From positions 22,506,001 through 22,570,000 of the forward strand of contig OX597825.1 in the NCBI GenBank assembly GCA_951406725.2: a stretch of DNA of 64,000 nt, written 5' to 3'. Shown in pieces: positions 12,373 to 27,679 of the stretch. Each line of letters starts with the position of its first letter. Positions within the stretch are counted from its first letter, which is position 1. Origin of the DNA: Octopus vulgaris (lineage: Eukaryota). The notes under the pieces are model-generated. The model was not told the DNA's origin. It ran no database searches and saw only the letters and a program-made list of their open reading frames with translations. A program made the translations under genes and the position numbers.

Positions 12373-13757
12373 AGTTTCAAATTTTAACTTAAGATCTGTA
12401 ACTTCAGGACAGATGGAGTAGTCAATTGCAATGAAGAGCAAAATAAACTCCATTCTCATATAAACCTCACCTCTTTAAAAAAACATTTCTCTGACTGTCT
12501 AACAATTCTACCATCTCACCTACTTATTATTGATATTGACAATAAAATAGGTAATGTGATGAAATTACAAATATGAAGCAAAATTATGAAGCAAGAACTG
12601 GAATTAAATATTGCTAATAAAAAAAAAAATTCCAAACAATCATGACGAGAGAAAATTAATTAATCAGAAGTAATGAAGTAAATAATTTTTTCAGATCTAT
12701 TTATTATCTTACTTTAAAAGACGAAAGTGAATAGGCGGAGTGAACAGGAAATGAAAATAATGCTGACGTGCTGGATATCAAAAATTTCTATAAGTATTTT
12801 TTTTTCTGAAGTTTGGAACGCAAAATCTCTCCTTGTCTTGTCGTTTTTGTGTTTGCTTTGCAAGATTCTTGTTATGAATTCGTGTACTGAAAGGTTTTGC
12901 TTGATGTTTCAGTAATTAACCGAATGTTTATCGAAACGAACGATAAGTTAGTTACGTAAATAACTAACACGTTGACGAATAAGAAATACGTGAAACGCAA
13001 CCTGTGCATGTTATTATTGGCGTTAATAACACCCCAGACATGCAACGAAATATTGCAACCTTTTATTAATGATACTTGATTGTGACAAGATTTTGAATAA
13101 GGATTCTTCAGGGCACGCAAAGTTCAACATGCATTCTCTAGAACTTTATGTTATGTTTTGTTAAATTATGTGGCTCAATGTGCCTTGGTGTATAATTTTG
13201 AACCACTAAGCTAGCGTGCAGTATAGAATGCCATGAACTATTGGTTTCGAGTTTCTAAACTCTGAGTTCAAATGACGTCATTACAAAACTTGGTATCAAT
13301 CAGTGAGATCGTTAAAGAAAATATCACTCAAATACTGATGTCAATTTCTCTACCGAACACGCACACACACACACACATACTTTCTATCTCACTCTCTATT
13401 TCACTCTCTATCTCACTCTCTCTCTCTTTCAATCTTTCAAACAAACACACGCACGCACACACGCACACACACACATACACACACCATGTTTTAATTTGGT
13501 CTCGCTTCAAACATGCCTCGTAAGAAGTCTCAAAACAAGTGTGTTCGCAAACGTTGGCCCACAAAATAATGACCAGTATGTATCTACATCAAACACTTTC
13601 TTATCTTATATTATGTCGGTGGGCTTAAACTAACATATTGAATTCAGGTTCGTAATATCATCAGCGTGGTCCAATGACTGGGTAGTACATTGCAACGTTG
13701 GCCAAAAGACTCTACTTCATTTTATTTCACTCCGTTGAGCTGAAGCATGCGCAACAT

Positions 13758-14023
13758 AGGCGGAGGCATTGCTGTGTAGTAAGTAGCTTGCTTACCAACC
13801 ACATGGTTCCGGGTTCAGTCCCACTGGATGACATCCTGGGCAAGTGTCTTCTACTATAGCCTTGTGCAGACCAAAGCCTTGTGAGTGGATTCGGTAGACC
13901 GAAACTGAAAGATGCCTGTCGTATATATATGTATCTATACGTGTGTGAGTAGGTGGGTGGGTGTCTATGTAGATGTTTGTGTTTCTGTTTCATCTTCACA
14001 TCTATTGACAACTATAGGTGTGT

Positions 14024-14064
<41 letters not shown>

Positions 14065-14118
14065 GCAAAGAATATCTTGAGGTCCATTTGTTCGACTAAA
14101 GTCACTAGCATGGCCGCA
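13758..14118 (+). mobile_element. SINE family A with an internal (TCTA)n replacement
   Basis: Head and CORE block intact; 3' part disrupted by ATCT repeats. Confidence 0.85.
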
Positions 14119-14499
14119 TCTATCTATCTATCTATCTAATGTTTCATCTCGCTGTCACATTACTGACTTTTCAAATGGGTCAAGATTAGAAGTGTTCAGA
14201 GGCTATTTGTAACGAATGGTGACTTCGCAGCATCTTAAAATATCGTTAAAAAAACATGGTACACAATTCCGTGTGATGGCTACGGTGCATCCTGATCAAG
14301 AGACGGAGCACATGACTTCGGTACTTGCTTTGCTCTACAATGTCGTATTATATATTATATCACGTTATTACATGATCGACCAGGGTATCGGACGTTGCTA
14401 TACACTGCGGGTCACAATACGGTTCGCAATGTTATCCCCTTTGAGTGATGACACCCCCGCTGGTTAGGTATGCAGACCAACATTCCCCACTGATCGGAT

Positions 14500-14662
14500 G
14501 GTTGATCCGTGGCAGGGTTACCTCGTTTACAGCTGAATTTCCTGGAGCAACATGAAAGGAAGAGTTTTACTGAAGAAAATAACGCACCGCCCGATACGTG
14601 AATCGATCCTACGATCTGGCGATTGAGAGTGCGACATCCTGACTACTAGGCCATATGCCTTC
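14500..14662 (-). mobile_element. Diverged tRNA-derived SINE (family C type)
   Basis: Reverse complement gaaggcatatggcctagtagtcaggatgtcgcactctcaatcg..gatcgattc.. then ctttcatgttgctccag..tcagctgtaaa, as at 345-480. Confidence 0.55.
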
Positions 14663-15704
14663 ATATATGTAATAAACAAATATTAGCATAATTTGTAGAT
14701 CATGTAACAAAATGATTTGCTCTATTAATCAAAATATAGCCGGGATCTTATTTTAAATTTCACCACTGATGTATAAAATTAGCATCGGTCAAATATTTGA
14801 GCAATTTAAATCTTTTGTGATCTTGTGTACATATATGCTGTGTGTCAAAGGTGTACTCAATAATATATATATATATATGTGAAGAGAGAGAGATGAAGAG
14901 ATAGATTTTGTTTCACTATTGCTACCAATAACATTCAGATAAACGTGGACATTAAAACTGTCGCTTTACCTTTGACATGAATTATATTGAAATGTTCGCG
15001 CTAACAAATGCAATACTTCTTCCCATACGGAATTCTGTTTTGTTCGGGGAAAAAAAAAACCCTAATTCTTGTATAAAAGGATTCTATCAATTATCAGAAT
15101 CATCTATATTCCTAAACATTACGAATACATTCCCTACACTTCTACTTGTTTATCTCCCGAGTCTAGAAGCGTTGGGATCAAGAACCTGCGTAATCTCCAG
15201 TTCCAGCTGCAATTTATCGCTTTACTCGGCCAGTGTCAGAGAAACTAGCTCACAGCTTTGTAGTCTTTCCGCCTTTGGTGATCAATGATTTCAACCTTTT
15301 GTCTCTACGTTCTTCAAAAGCTTTTAGATAATCACTGCTCGCCTAAGAACTAACGTTTCTAGTTCGATCTGCAAAAGACATCACCAGCATTCCTCTTAGG
15401 TATCGTTTCTCTGTCTCATGAATCTTCTGACTTTTACTATTAACTGAAATATATAATGCAACCGTGTTATATAGCAAATTGTCAAACACAACTTCTAAGT
15501 TATAGCTCTCACAGCGCATCTACCCATCATCTTTATTGAATTTCTCATAAATTTCAAATATTTATCATTATGATACAGAGAGGATATTATATTTATTTAC
15601 ATTGACTCTGCACCTACCCTTCATTCTCCATCTCTCTCCCTTGCTCCATCTCACTAGCTTTACGTTCCAGTATCTCACCGTCTTCTTAACATTCTCTCCT
15701 TCCA

Positions 15705-15739
<35 letters not shown>

Positions 15740-16550
15740 TTCTCCTATCTCTATCTCTGCCCCTCTCTCACTGGCTTTAAGTTCCATTGTCTCACCATCT
15801 CCTTAACATCCTCTCCTTCCGTCTCTCTCTCTCTCTCTCTCTCTCGCTCTCTCTCTGTCTCCCTAGTTCTCACGTTGTTTCTCTCTTCGTACGCTGTTAT
15901 GCTCACTTTCTTCTATTTGTTTGACTTGGAATAAAGTTTAACATAGAAAATAGAATAAATCATTCCTCGTAGATTACGGACATTGAATTCTAAATTGAAG
16001 TTTTATGTCTGACTTGCCCGTATCAGTCATACTTTGGTCTTTGTATCTATTTATGTTGCTAAATCATTTCTTTTACCCTTGCAGAAATCTTTCTCGTAAT
16101 CCCATTACTTTTCGTTTTACTTCCTTACCCTCTCTCATCTTCAAAATTCACATCTTATACCAAGGCAATGCAGACAAACACATATACACAAATGTACACG
16201 CACACACACACATACACACACACACTCACATACACACAACACACTTACACGCATACACAGGCAGATACACGTAAAAACGTCCTTATACCCAACTGACAAC
16301 CATGAAATTCATATAAAATTAGTTACGCCAGTGAAAGTAAGACGTTTTTTGTGGGGGTATATGTTTTTTACTAAATTTAAGTATTTCTCTTTTTAGACAT
16401 ATTTATATAAGTACATTGGCTATTTATCTTTTTCTGTATTGATTATATTTCTTACCGTCCACCCTCATAATAATGGATCGAACGATCGAACCTTCAGTTC
16501 ATCCATCCATCTATCCATATTCATCCATAATTCCATCCATCCATCAATCC

Positions 16551-16619
<69 letters not shown>

Positions 16620-18672
16620 CCTATCTATCTATCTACATATCTATCTATTATCTACTTATTATCCACCTCTCTCTCCCTCTCAAACTTTCTGTGTCCTCTT
16701 GAAGAACATCTGTGTCTTCTTGAAGCACATCTGCTTATTTCAAAATCCAAAATTTGTATGTAGACGTTATATTTGTGTGAGGTATGCATGAGCTTTGAAA
16801 ATACTCTAAGATACTTACTGGAGCGTGATAATATTGAAGTGGGAGAGTGTAAATTTTGGGGATATTATTTATGCAACATGTATTTCATTAGCTAATAAAA
16901 GTTATAAAATTGCACACGTCGTAGAACACATATAAGATATTGCTTTTGCACAGAGAATCACATAAAACAAAATTTCCATTTTGATGTAGTGGAAAGTATA
17001 GACGCACAAGTTTGTAACTCCTATTAGCTAATTAAACGCACGTAATGTAGAATAAATATCCATTAATTTTCCACTATGCTCTTTTTTCTACAGACAAACA
17101 CACACACACATTCACACACAAACATACATACATTACCCACATACATAGTATCTGATATATTTTGAGGCAAGGTTAAAACTAGTTTCTATTGGTCAAATAT
17201 TTTATTTCAAATTTATTGTCCAATATTTATAACCTATTTTGCCGTAGAACCTCGTTTTCTTTAGAGATTATTTAGACAATCCAAGTTAGTCAAGAACAGG
17301 TATAGTAAATTTTCCTTTTATTTAATGAAATTCAAGCGACTATAAATTCGTGGATCTGAACTAAAAGTCAAAAAGTGACTATGTCTCGAAAATTTTTCAC
17401 TTCTCGCCGTTAAGGACAACCGTAAATGGTTTATCTTTTGTGAATTCGTGATAAATAATTCTATGATTTTAAGAGACGGTTATGTATTATTATGATTTGT
17501 ACTTTCCCCAGGGACATTCATACTAGATAAACAAAAATAACTTTAATAAAGATCAAATAATTTTAGCTGTGTAGAAAACTGCATCAAAGTGGCTTCTTGC
17601 CAGAAGCTTGTCTCTTTTTGCACTGCGTTCGTCGTCTTAGTAGATAATTATAGCTACAGAAGTTCCATTTAAAATACGCCGTTGAGCTTCGATATTACTC
17701 CACACCAAACTCTTGCCCTGGCATATATCTGAAAAAAAAGTCTTTTTTTTATTTCTGTAGTAAGCTATTCAAACTGCATTGGTGATTAACTGCCGTTGGC
17801 AGGGCACATACATTACTGATTTTTGTTTTCACCGAAAGAAACATTTAAATGCAGGCAGCAAAGAAGATATTTCAATTAATGTTTGGAGATTATAGATCCA
17901 AAGTATGTCCATTACCTCTGTATATACGTGAGTGTCTCACTAAGCGTATGTATGTACCGTATTATTCATAAAAATATTCCGATCCCAGCAATAACTGAAG
18001 GCATTTCAACGTTTTGATTTATAAATGTAGAGAAGAAATGAAAGAACAGTAAATTGATTCACACTTTCAGTGTTGGCAATTTATTTTAGGAGTATTTTTT
18101 TCCTTGATTTATCATACAGAACGATGGATGGCATAAATTTAAAGTAACCTTCCAATCTGCAAATTTCTGACACTCTGTTCTGACTCTCACGTTTTCGGTA
18201 TTTCATCTCTAAGCTGATAAACCTCTTTAGAAAGACATGAACAGCACTTATTCAATTTCAATTTCACTCTCTACTAAGTTGCAACAGTTGAGAACTACTT
18301 GTTATATTTTGTGTTATAGCAAGGTGCTGAGTTAGGTATAACGTTTTATTGCTCGTTATATGTCCAGGTGTAATTAACTTCAACGAATTGATTTTACCCA
18401 TTTCATGTAAAATTTGCTATAAAAGCAATGATAGGATTTCGGAATATATGCCTTTTATGATTAGAATTTTAATTCTCTACTCATAGAATTTATGTTGTGC
18501 TATAGTTGCATTTGACTTTCAACACGCTCTTTGGCACATATGTAAATGTGATATAATGGAGTTTAGAATGATTTTTAACATTTCAGTTTAAGGATGTACA
18601 AATGTATGACTAATTATTTTATATCGCATCGACGTTAGGGGATCGGTAAATTTTAATTACTGTCACAATGAA

Positions 18673-18712
<40 letters not shown>

Positions 18713-18936
18713 ACAGGGTGGAAAAATTTTAGAAATATTTCTACAAGTGGCTAGCATGTATAAAATAGTCAATAAACAGCATATTTTTCATATATATATA
18801 AATACACACACAAATACATACATTTACAATATTTACCTCCCAGAAATTGCTCTTAACTGTAGGATGGACGGTAATTGTTCCTTCTAGCATGTAAGGTGTC
18901 CTGTTAGGGTCCCCTCTTGTGTGTTTAAATGTACAC

Positions 18937-19050
<114 letters not shown>

Positions 19051-20700
19051 GAGAGACAAAGAGAGGGAGGATTAAAATTATGCAGTTATGTTCTTTTTTG
19101 TCAACTGATGCTGTAGTAATTTGTTGATTAGTATTTTTACCAGCAACATAACGATATATATGTTACAGACTAAACTATGTGCATACGATATAGACCATGG
19201 AAAATCATCTGTGGTTAAGAGGTTAGTTATATTGGAGTAAAGTCTTGCTCTATGTTTTGATATGATTAAATACACTTTATTCAGGTTCCAACTGCCTTTG
19301 GAATAGCTGCATATTTCATAAGGCTCTTCGATGAATTGATGGGTAATATTTCTCTGTTAAGCATGTAAAGACGCATACGTCAACCATTTCTTCACACACG
19401 TGTGTGTGAAAGAGAGAGCTGAGCATATGAGTGTGTATGCGTGTAGGTTACAGTCAGCCGATATAATAGGAATTGAGGATACTGATCGAAATGGATTGGC
19501 ATTAAATGATATCCTTCTCCTGGATAATATTAGTCATATTTTTAAACACAGGTCTTCCAATAAGGAAAGTTACTGGTAGCTATAAAGGCCTAATTTAATT
19601 AGTCTCAACCTTCAAATGCTTGTGCAGTTATAACTTTAAATGCATTTAAAGTTCTCCTGACACTCTGTCGTTAACTAGCTTTATATAGCAATCGTAGGAT
19701 TTAACGACACGCGCCTGATGTTGTTGAAGATAATTGTCTTTCCTTTTATAACAAAGTTCTCTTATCGTATTATCTTACATTAAGTAAAGTACTGATATGG
19801 TATTTTCCTTCTGCATGTTTATGGCCATCGTGTGGTCAGTAGTAAGAGAGAACAATTAGCTGGCGAAGCTGTACAATTTTCAATTACATATAGCGGATAA
19901 TTTCATATAGTCTGTATGCATTAACGCGTGTAAACGTGAGATGGACTTACTAATCCATTTGTATATAATCCCATATGAACAAAATTTCTCACAAATGAAT
20001 TATGCCTTTGATGGAGCAGTGTACAGTAATTTATCTGACTATCATTTACTGCAAGAAACAGCATTTTGATCGATAAATTGAGCGGATGTACTTTATCCGA
20101 CAGAGAATATTATAATAATTAGATTAACAGTTAAAGGAAAGTTACACGAGTTAATCCTTTGCTTGTTTATTTCACACGTTTCTAACATCATAAATTATCG
20201 GTCATTTTCGACCATTCAAGCGTACGTTTTGTATGAGTTCTACAAATGTTCGTACGACTAGAAAAGTTATATGAAGTAAGTTTAAATGTGATTCCTTTTG
20301 TCATAAATAATCGATTCATTGTGATTGATCAAATGATTGCAAATAAATCTGTATTTCCTATTCAAACGAGATAAATGTTATGCAATATTCTTCTTCCAAT
20401 CGATTTTCTTGATTCTTGTATATGAATCTTGATTTTTTATCTTCTCTATAAATGCTTATAGCTTAACAATTATTTGTTCATATTTTTTATATGTGTTCCA
20501 AATCTATAAAGGAAAAACCTCTATAAACATGTATCTCTAATTTATTTCGTCTTGGTCACTATTGTAAATATATTTATATGTAAATAAATGTTGAAAATAA
20601 GAGCTTTCATATGTATGCTCAAAGCGTATCCTGTAAACGAACTTAAGATCACGCAAACACGCACACACATACGTATACACATACAAATATATGTGTATAA

Positions 20701-20765
<65 letters not shown>

Positions 20766-20849
20766 CATGTGTGTGTATGTATGTATGCATGTATGTCATA
20801 TTATCATATGTTATGGTAACATGAATGTACAATTGTATGGTTTGTAGCA

Positions 20850-21300
20850 ATACCAGGCTTGTAAGGAGGGTGGCTAGAAACCCAGCAGGATTAAAAATAA
20901 GACCTGTTGAAAGGGCGGATGAGCCTAGTGCAGGCTCAACTCTAATCTAGCAATAGCACGAGTACGCTGAAATTCCGGGATGGTGTCTGGCATGCAAGAA
21001 AACCATTGGGAGTGAGATACTCCTCAGTTTCTGCTGAAGCATGTCTCTAGGAGAAGGTCACTCTGATATAATAGCAGATATGCAGGGAATGGCATTGGAC
21101 ATTTTGGGTATCTTTGGTTTGTGCTAGAGATCATGGCGCTCCTATATCCCTGAGCCTACGACTCATATTGACACCAGACATCTCGCTCTGGCTTGTCTCT
21201 GGATAATGTCATTACAGCGGAGAGGGTGTATGAGGTGTCGTGCAAGCTTTATTGGACCTAAAACTCTGCACAGGCATTGTCGACTTCTGCTCGATATGTA
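20850..21300 (+). mobile_element. GC-richer interspersed-repeat remnant, possibly an RTE-type 5' region
   Basis: Composition shift; the motif ctaggagaaggtcactctga recalls RTE 5' leaders; no second copy in the window. Confidence 0.3.
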
Positions 21301-21313
21301 CTGCTTTTTTTCT

Positions 21314-21388
<75 letters not shown>

Positions 21389-21419
21389 GTATGTATGTAT
21401 ATAAGTATGTATGTATGCA

Positions 21420-21455
<36 letters not shown>

Positions 21456-23487
21456 TAAAATAATGTGTGTATACTGTTTTGTCAAAAGAAATGACTTGAT
21501 GCAATCGATGGAATTGAACCCATCTATTATTTTGCATGGTTATAGCAAGGATTCTATATTAATCAAAAAGCGTAACAAATGCGTCTGATAGGAAGGAATG
21601 TCTATCAGACATACACTAATACCTCGACTATCGCGGTTGTTATGTTTCAAAAACCCTGGAATAGGGTAAAATCCGCGAAGTAGAAAAAGTACTGTACTGT
21701 ATATATTTTTTTTAAATTATTTTTATAATGTGTATATATTTATTTTATTATAAATGCAAACAACACCACGAAAGAATCGACGTAAGCTTAAATAATAAAC
21801 TGCAATAGGCTCACCCGCGACATGGCGAGAGATTATACTTTTATATAAGTAAATTTTTTTTGTTTAAATAGATGTTTTTTATGATATATTAATTAATTAC
21901 TACTAAATTAATTACTATCAAATTTCAGTTCATGATTTAAAATATTTCAACGACCTTTGGCATTGTCAAAAGTAAAATCGAAGAAATTTATATATATATC
22001 TCAGTAAGGCGTCATTAAACAAAAGGTGTTTTTTTTTAATTACCATTTTGACAGTTTTACCTGCGGTGCTCCGATCAAGCACAAGTTTAATGGTAGGAGA
22101 AAAACAGGTACAATTGATGCAACTGAGCTTGTCTATTATTTTACATGGTTATATCAAGGCTTGCATATCTGCTGAGGTGACAGTATATTATGTCTATTTA
22201 CTGAGGAAGTAACGATTATTTTTATTCAGAACATATGTTGAATGCAATAACTTTTTACCACAGTATCTTCACCTAAATTAATTTCAAATTCTTCAACTCT
22301 AGTGATGTATGTAAAATGCAGCCAAGCACGTTACTAGCATCACCACCTGCAGCCATTTTCGATAATTTTGCTTTGCTTCGGTGATATATGATAGTTTTTA
22401 TCTGAATGCAATCAAATAAATGTCGCACATAATTTCATAACCTAAGGTGGCAATTGATTATTTGTTGGACTCCTTTCGTATTACTACATGGTATTACTTC
22501 CCACCTATCACAGCTTCTATTTTAGTCATTAAATCTTGCGTTAAATATCTCACGGTATTCAGACTCGTCTCTTTATTTCTGGTTTCAATTTCTACTAAAA
22601 TTATTTTATATTTCACTGCCACAGGTATTAAACAAGATTACAGAAAATAAACTATTTAGTTTAAAATCAAATCTGCACTCTACAAAGTTTTCCGTACAAA
22701 TTTGATATATGTAAGTTATAAGTTTTAAAATATTTTTGTTTCGTGTCTTCATTAATGCGCCTGAAACAAACATATTCCACATAGCTATCGGTGAAGGGAT
22801 TAGAAGCAAATAATAAATTCAAGATAGATTTATAGTTTAAAGTGTTACCGTGATAGTCAAGAGTCTTTGCATTTTACTTTGATTCCTTTCTGTAGCAGAT
22901 TTAATAAATGTCTTCTGTGCGTAAGTTTAGCCGAATTATACTTGGAACCAAGTTGTCTGAACTGTAGATTAACTGAGCAACTATACTTAATCAGTGCCAC
23001 GGTTTAGCACCAGCGGTACGGTGCTATGGCTGAAGCCTTTCTGTCGCATGTTTTCCGTCTCATCAAAACCCTTCTCACAGAATAATCCAAGGGCAGCGAT
23101 GGCTGCTTCTTCCTCCTCGTATTTCAGTTTCGCCATACACGCTACCATCCATCCTCAACCTAATTCAAACAATATGGAAAAGATTATTTAGTGGCAGGGG
23201 TGGGTCAGGCCGCTGAAATTTTAATGGACGGTGTAAATAACCGGAAAAGAAGGTTAAAGGTGAAAAGTATTCAACTGTCGTTCGAAAAGTTGAGAACGGT
23301 CTGTATTTTTCTGTAGATCAATAGGATCTCTTTGTGACTCGAAAAGGATCATAATAGTAATAAACTTGAATAAAGGAGACGGAATTGCTGCAGAGGAAGA
23401 AACAAATGAATATTAATGGAAGAGAAATTCAAATCAAATGTAATATAGAATATGATACAGAAAATCGATGGAACAGTATCATTCATT

Positions 23488-24003
23488 CTTTTCTTCTTCT
23501 TCTTCTTCTTCTTCTTCTTCTTCTTCTTCTTCTTCTTCTTCTTCTTCTTCTTCTTCTTCTTTCTTCTTTTTCTTCTTCTTCTTTTTCTTCTTCTTCTTCT
23601 CTTTTTTTCTTTTTTTCTTCTTCTTCTTTTTCTTTTTCTTTTTCTTCTTTTTCTTCCTCTTCTTCTTCATCCTCTTCTTCTTCTTTTTCTTCTTCTTCTT
23701 TTTTCTTCTTCTTCTTCTTCTTCCTTTCTTCTTCATCTTTATCTTCATATTCTTTTTCAATTTCTTCATCTCCTCCTAATTTTCTTCTTCTTTTCATCTT
23801 CTTCTTCTTCTTCTTCTTCTTCTTCTTCTTCTTCAATTTCTTCATTTTCTTCTTTTTCATCTTCTTCTTCTTCTTCTGCTTCTTCTTCTGCTTCTTCTTC
23901 TGCTGCTTCTTCTTCTACTTCGTCTCCTTCTACTTGTTACCACCACCGTTACTATAACTGTTACTACTATTCCTACTACTACAGCTGCTGCTGCTACTAC
24001 TAT

Positions 24004-24058
<55 letters not shown>

Positions 24059-24066
24059 CGCTACTA
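23488..24066. repeat. (CTT)n-derived polypyrimidine tract (~450 bp) followed by (CTA)n
   Basis: Direct reading. Confidence 0.95.
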
Positions 24067-24447
24067 TTTTTCTTCTTAGTTTCTGCTTTACATACTAAAT
24101 ATTATCAATATGAGATCTGTATCTCTAAGACTATTAATCAAATCAGCTTATAGAGTCCAAGTAAATCGTTAAGTCTCAGAGCAAAACGACTAATAGGAGT
24201 TATAAGCCAATGAGTTTCTTAAACCAAGTTCTGCTACGATACTTGAATTATATATACGATGGGAAATCCAAGGAAATGAAGAATATTATATGAAATACTT
24301 CATCAGTTTTAAGATAATCTTTCTTAAACAGGAATGCAGACACAAAGAATATTTCTCCATAACACAGATACTGTAGGCTGATTCTTATAGGCGCGAGAAC
24401 GCACGCCACACACACACATACACACAAATAAACACACACTATATATA

Positions 24448-24991
24448 TCTATTATATAAAATCCGTTCTGTCTGTCTGTTTGTGTGTCTTCTACGATCCT
24501 CCATCCGATTGCGTTTAAATTAGATATGTAGATACCGACGGTATCAGGGCGTGTATAAGTATTGAAAAAAATTACAAAAATCGATTCCAGGTGAGAATAC
24601 GATCGATAAAGCTGTTTTTGTCCTGCTTTTCTTCCGTCAACCGGTACATAACTGCACCTTCCATTTTTTGTTGTTTTTGTACTGCTTAAAGGCACGTTTC
24701 TTTCCTACCAAACTTACTGTTTAAACCATGTTTGTGTTCTCCCAGTCAACAGCCTTATCATTACTGGTACTTTAAACTCTTCGGTTGCATATTTGTGTGA
24801 ATAAAATCGATTTTCTTTGGAATAGACAAAAAAATCTATCTTTATTTCTTCTTTTGCTGATACCTCAAATTTAGGTTAAATAAGATTTTCTCAAAGGGGA
24901 TGCCTATGGGACGGTTGGACAAGTTGTATTGAGAAAATTTGGTTTAAATGTTTGACAACTCAGCACCGTTCATGGGACGGGGTGCGTTTTG

Positions 24992-24995
<4 letters not shown>
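24448..24995 (+). mobile_element. Non-autonomous Helitron-like element
   Basis: 5' A|TCTATTATATAAAA then (ctgt)n; 3' GC hairpin gcaccgttc..gacggggtgc about 10 nt before gctca|t; first ~170 bp repeated at 57685. Confidence 0.6.
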
Positions 24996-25033
<38 letters not shown>

Positions 25034-25125
25034 TACATATATATATATATATGTATACATACATATAGGAAGAGAAAGAGGAAAATGGATATCTATAGAT
25101 ATTTTTGTATATGTATGTATGTATG

Positions 25126-25160
<35 letters not shown>

Positions 25161-26656
25161 ATATATATATATATATATATACAGTATATATTCATACGTG
25201 TGTGAGTGTGTGTGTGTGTGTGTGATGTCAATACAATTTTCTCTCAATAAATCCAAGTATATTTTAGAAATTTGTACAGTGTGTGATAATATATAGATTT
25301 TAAAATTTATTTTCAGTAATATAACCTCTTTTCTTGGACAATATCACATCCTGTGAATACAAGCACAGACACACATTCTCTCTCTCCCTCAATCCCTCCC
25401 TCTCTCTCTCTCTCAATCTATCTATCTCATGCGTGTATTGTTTTATTCTGTTACTTGTTTTACTGACTGGACAACATTTTCGCGCTTCATTCATCAAGGT
25501 GCGTTTGTTCTGTCGTACCAGTTACAAGACTTTAGTCACTCACATATGCATGAGTCTGTATTCCAGAAAATGAATAAATAAGGGCGTGGGTGGGGTTAGA
25601 TGTCATAAGATAATTGCAGGCATCAGGATCAGCCATTCCTATTTGGGAGTTAATTATAATTAGAGTGATGAGAACGAAGTAACTAATTAACTTTACAAGA
25701 TAGAGATTTAGAGTTAAATGTCAGGTCCCCTCAGTGCACTATTCTCTGATGTTCATATTGTACATGTGTGAATACCTGGACACTAAGATATCTGTTGATA
25801 TTAACCAGAGTCACTTAGCCATAGCCTCTAACCTATAATTGCGTTGCCTTCAACCAATCCCACAGTACAATCTCACAAATTTGAAAATTAATTGCAGGGA
25901 TATTTCTGTGCAAATTGTGTTTATGTGTAAGAGGAGGAATTGACAGTTAAATGAGTCTAAACCCTATAGATCCACATAGGTCGGTACTTATGAGCCTTCA
26001 ATTTCACGTGGATTGCATATAACTGAAGTGATTGTACGTAACAGTCCACTTCGCTTCCATTTTTTCTAGTCCCTTAAAATAAACACCACTTACATTTTGA
26101 ATTACTTTCAGCTGGATACAACATTTGCGACTCCATGTGCTTCCTTTTGTTAAATATCGCAACTACATCCAAATGTCGCAACCAAAAAATAAATAGATAA
26201 ACCTACCTCATTTCCAGCTTTCGTAGCTATATACTTTGCAATAATCTCTCCCAAAAGACGGTTATAGTATGATGATATTTTTTCGGAGCTGTCTCAAAAG
26301 TTGTGTAATTTATAACAAAAGACGTGGTTATGCTTTTGTCTTTCCAAGGTGGTTTAGCTGTGTAAGTAATGAGAATTGATTCCGACATCTTATGATTCAA
26401 TAAATATTCATTTCATTGATCTATACGGGACAGCAGTAGTTTATAGATAAATACACACATATATTTGTATACGAATGTATGTATGAGTCAAATTTACTCT
26501 CTCTCTCTCTCTCTGCAGGACGAATATATATATCTTATATTCTATCGTGGCACTGTGGTGTGTTGTTTCTCAATACAATTTTCTCTCAATAAAAATATAT
26601 TGTTATACGAAATAAATGATGAAATAAATAAATAAAAAATAAATGTGTATCTAGAT

Positions 26657-27068
26657 AGGCGCAGGAGTGGCTGTGTGGTAAGTAGCTTGCTAACCAACCG
26701 CATGGTTCCGGGTTCAGTCCCACTGCGTGGCATCTTGGGCAAGTGTCTACTGCTATAGCCCCGGGCCGACCAAAGCCTTGTGAGTGGATTTGGTAGACGG
26801 GAACCGAAAGAAGCCTGTCGTATATATGTATATATATGTATGTGTGTGTTTGTGTGTCTGTGTTTGTCCCCCTAGCATTGCTTGACAACCGATGCTGGTG
26901 TGTTTACGTCCCCGTCACTTAGCGGTTCGGCAAAAGAGACCGATAGAATAAGTTCTGGGCTTACAAAGAATAAGTCCCGGGGTCGATTTGCTCGACTAAA
27001 GGTGGTGCTCCAGCATGGCCACAGTCAAATGACTGAAACAAGTAAAAGAGTAAAAAAGAGTAAAAGAG
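26657..27068 (+). mobile_element. SINE family A, young full-length copy
   Basis: Near-identical to 6168-6589 and 59622-60037. Confidence 0.92.
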
Positions 27069-27625
27069 ATAGAGGGATTAATAGGTAGGTTGTTAAAGAG
27101 ATATGCAAGTAGATAAGCTGTATCCCACCCCGAGGTAAGAAAATTTCTTGATATATAAGTATACATTGCCAATGTCACATACTTTATGAATAAATTTTGT
27201 TTATGCGCCTATTGACTATGAGAGTCAATCAGGTAAAGTTACCTTTGAAACTTCGAATGTTAAAAAAACAATGAGTATCTGTGCAAATCACTGTGTTTAT
27301 GTGTAAGAGAGAGGATACGTTATCAGTTTAGCTGCAATAGTCCGTCATGATCTCGAAATTTCGACGTGGTGTAGGACATATATGCAGATAGCGTAAAATT
27401 TATCTCCGCATGTGCAAAACGCTGCACAAGTAAATCGAGATCAAATTTTGAACTTGAATCAGCTCTAAAAATATATGCATTACCCATGTCATATACGCAC
27501 GTATGCGTTACATTTATATACTTACACGCATGCACACACGCATACACACTCACGCATACACGCTCCGAATCACACATACACACACGCACGTACACACTCA
27601 CACACACATACACAGACACGCACAA

Positions 27626-27678
<53 letters not shown>

Positions 27679-27679
<1 letters not shown>

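Noticed and set aside
15150-15375. Minus-strand exon-like segment after a tgtcttttgcAG acceptor
   Set aside because: The best frame has four internal stops and no recognisable domain
21612-21700. Tigger/pogo-like TIR (cactaatacctcgactatcgcgg)
   Set aside because: No matching opposite TIR or transposase peptide found
22988-23160. Short GC-rich minus-strand frame MAKLKYEEEEAAIAALGLF..
   Set aside because: About 50 codons, no compatible splice sites and no recognised homology
23385-24153. Poly-F/S/L/K/E ORFs
   Set aside because: Translations of the (CTT)n/(CTA)n tract
25228-27330. Short shared blocks (25228/26570 and 25905/27277) suggesting an old tandem duplication
   Set aside because: Spacing is not colinear once the SINE is removed, and the matches are short and AT-rich
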